From the NCBI RefSeq assembly GCF_009914755.1, contig NC_060933.1: DNA of 64,000 bases, one strand, 5' to 3'. The stretch comes from the human T2T-CHM13v2.0 reference genome, Homo sapiens. The notes beneath the pieces were generated by a model. It saw only the letters and a list, made by a program, of their open reading frames with translations. It made no database searches and had not been told where the DNA came from. Positions 61,266 to 64,000 of this stretch are shown here, one piece after another. Within the stretch, counting starts at the first letter, position 1. Every line of letters starts with the position of its first letter. Position numbers and translations under genes: made by a program.

Positions 61266-62001
61266 ATGAATGGGCAATTCTCAAAAGAAGATATGCAAAT
61301 GGACAACAAACATATGAAAAAATGCTCAACATCACTAATGATCATGGAAATGCAAATCAAAACAACAATGCAATACCACTTTACTCCTGCAAGAATGGCT
61401 GTAATAAAAAAATAAAAAAATAATAGATGTGGGTATGGATGCAGTGAAAAGGGAACACTTCTAACACTGCTGGTGGAATGTAAACTAGTGCAACCACTAT
61501 GGAAAACAGTGTGGAGATTCCTCAAAGAACTAAAAGTGGAACTACCATGTGAGCCAGCAATCCCATTGCTGGGTATCTACCCAGAGGAAAAGAAGTCATT
61601 ATACGAAAAATATACTTAAATATGGAACCAGCCCAAATGCCCATCAACAAATGAGTGGATAAAGAAATTACATATATATGATGGGACACCACTCAGCCAT
61701 AAAAGGGAATGAATTAATGACTTTCACAACAACCTAGATGGAACTGGAGACTATTAAGTGAAGTAACTCAGGAATGGAAAACCAAACATTGCATGTTCTC
61801 ACTCATAAGTGGGAGCTAAGGTATGAGGATGCAAATGGACTTTGGGGACTCAGGGGAAAGTGGAGTGAGGGACAAAAGCCTACAAATTGGGTTCAGTGTC
61901 TACTTCTCGTTGATGGGTACACCAAAATCTCACAAATAACCACTAAAGAACTTATTCACGTAACCAAATAGCACCTGTTCCCCCAAAACCTATGGAAATA
62001 A
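61266..62001 (+). mobile_element. 5'-truncated L1PB-like 3' end
   Basis: ggactttggggactcagggg...ccactaaagaacttattcacgtaaccaaa...cctatggaaataa. Confidence 0.85.
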
Positions 62002-62544
62002 TTGGTTTTTAAAAAGTATCCTTTCCAACCTTTTAGTGGGCTGTTCACCTAGTCACCCTGTAAACAAACAACATGCCTCCATTATGTTTTAATTTTTCTG
62101 GAAAATGTTTATATAATAGAATGATGTTTCTTTTAAGTCCATTCCTAAGTAGGTGCAAATGACTTGAACGATCTTCTCATAACTTTCCTTTCATTCCATT
62201 TTCCAAAATTTGCCCTTATTTCTTCTGCCTTTCTCTAATTTTCTGACCCTTTTGTTCATTGATAAAACCTAAAGTGACTGAAGAGTATGCACCAAGCAAC
62301 CCATTTTTTTCTCCTCTTTTATTTATAATAAAACCCCCAACCTCATGTGTAATGTGACTTCCCTATTTAGAGTGATTAAATCTTAGTGGCACATTATTAT
62401 CTGTGGGCTTTTAACTTTTGATTCTGCAGTGTTTCATTAAATATGCCATTTATTTGTAGGCCTAAGAGGGATTCTGGAAGAGTAGAAATGCAAAGGACCT
62501 AATTCCGAGAAATTTTGGTACTGATCTTGGTTTTACCGCTTTCT

Positions 62545-63135
62545 AATGTATGATCCTAGGGGTGTCAGGGAAGCTGAACCACTCTAGGTGATAAAGTACA
62601 GAATCTGCTGCCTCGGTGTCTAGTCGTGGCCTGAAGTTGCTATAGATCAACTGAGAAGGCAGTTGGGAAGAAATGCCAAATGCCCTTTCACATGAAGGGT
62701 AGAATGGGACAGGAAAACAAGGACAACTGGAACCCATGAGGACAATCTGGAATCCACAAGCACAAATTGGAACCTGGTCTGTTTCTCCCTGAATCTAACC
62801 CTGTGACACAGGTATCCTGACAACCTGGTAGCCTTCTCCTGGAGAATCTGGTGGAGCCACACACACCCCTGGCTCACGAGTCAGAGAAGCTAGAGGAGGA
62901 GAGCCCTGGCCCCAGACCATCAGTGTGAGCTAGCACAGTAGAGACACTGAATAAGCAGGTGCCTGGCACCGTGCATCAACCTTCAGAGCACCTTGGCTGC
63001 TGCTTCTCTTCTACCACCCAATCTCTGCACAAAGTTCTCCTGGGAACATCCCCAACCTGGATTTACACTGGGAAGGATATTCTGGGACTTGTAGCTTCAG
63101 CTTAGCTAAACAAACATGGTATAAAGCCAGTACAC
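62545..63135. mobile_element. Probable ancient ERVL-class LTR
   Basis: GC-richer block ending tctgggacttgtagcttcagcttagctaa...gccagtaca, with about 20-nt degenerate internal repeats; family uncertain. Confidence 0.4.
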
Positions 63136-64000
63136 TGGGTGTGTCTATAATCCACCTGAACTCCATTTCCTCATCTGTAGTGCAAGTTTATTATAGGGGC
63201 AAAAGCATCCTTAGCATTTGGTTGGTGTTCCATAAATTGTAATTATTATTATTATTATTATATAGATGTAGCATACTCAGATTGACTTTCTTGATACTCA
63301 TCACCTGAAAGGAAATACAAATTTAATCCTTAGTAGTTCCAAAACAGTCCATAGGCCTCCATTCATGCTTAGCAATCACCAAAACTTCCTCCTGAGAACG
63401 CTTCTTCCCCTATTGTCTTTTCAGGGGTGAGGGATGGGGTCCCCATTGCTGCTTCCAAACCATTTTTCCTCGTTCCTCCTTCAACCCAGGATTCTTAAAT
63501 TATGCCATTAACATTTTATCCCTTCTTGTTTCTATCTCTACCAACTTGCCACTCACACTGAATCATGAATTGATGGCCCTGGCATCTGTCTTACTGTCAG
63601 TTTTACCATGGTGGCTGTCAAAATCCTGGATGACTTCCACACCTATGCCAATGATTCATTCTACACTTTTAGTTTTTTCTTTTGCTCCACGTGGACCATT
63701 TACACTTAGGGTTGTACTGTAGATGTTACTTCATCAATACCGGTTTTGAAATATCTATTTAAAGCATTGTTCTTTCTACCGACTATCTCTTATCTTCCTT
63801 TCTCAGTTATTCTGGTATTCCACCAAGCCTCATCAAATTGCATTTCTAATATTTTGATCCATACTTCTCTTTGCACACAGTTCATATCTTCACTTACCTT
63901 CTTACTTAGTTTAGAGTTTATGGACCACCAATATAACCTCTCCATTACAAACCCCAGTAAGTTGCACACCCGTCTCTTTCTCTATCATAATCGCCTTAAA

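Overview
Human genomic DNA: a human-specific AluYb8 lies at 11059-11385. The window is very repeat-dense, with large L1 blocks (6.4-13.2 kb, 17.4-20.6 kb, 24.3-45.4 kb, 59.5-62.0 kb), about ten Alus, MaLR/ERVL LTRs, an ERVL pol/integrase relic, Tigger-class DNA transposons and L2/MIR fragments. I see no intact single-exon protein-coding gene, and almost all ORFs in the track are L1, Alu or low-complexity derived. The most notable items are: (1) a perfect 47-bp-arm hairpin in unique DNA at 51201-51299 with a template-switch footprint; (2) L1-into-L1 junctions that appear to be set by homology to the host L1 (60.3 kb, 61.3 kb, possibly 7.0/13.1 kb); (3) a polyadenylated retrocopy of an old Alu plus L1M fragment, nested in a young L1 at 12.35-12.68 kb; (4) a chain of small plus-strand exon-like units (1.3, 4.1, 21.7, 21.9 kb) that join in frame, with a tandemly duplicated splice acceptor; (5) an open ORF0 in the young L1. 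Subfamily names come from recalled consensus sequences and boundaries of old repeats are approximate; no database searches were run.
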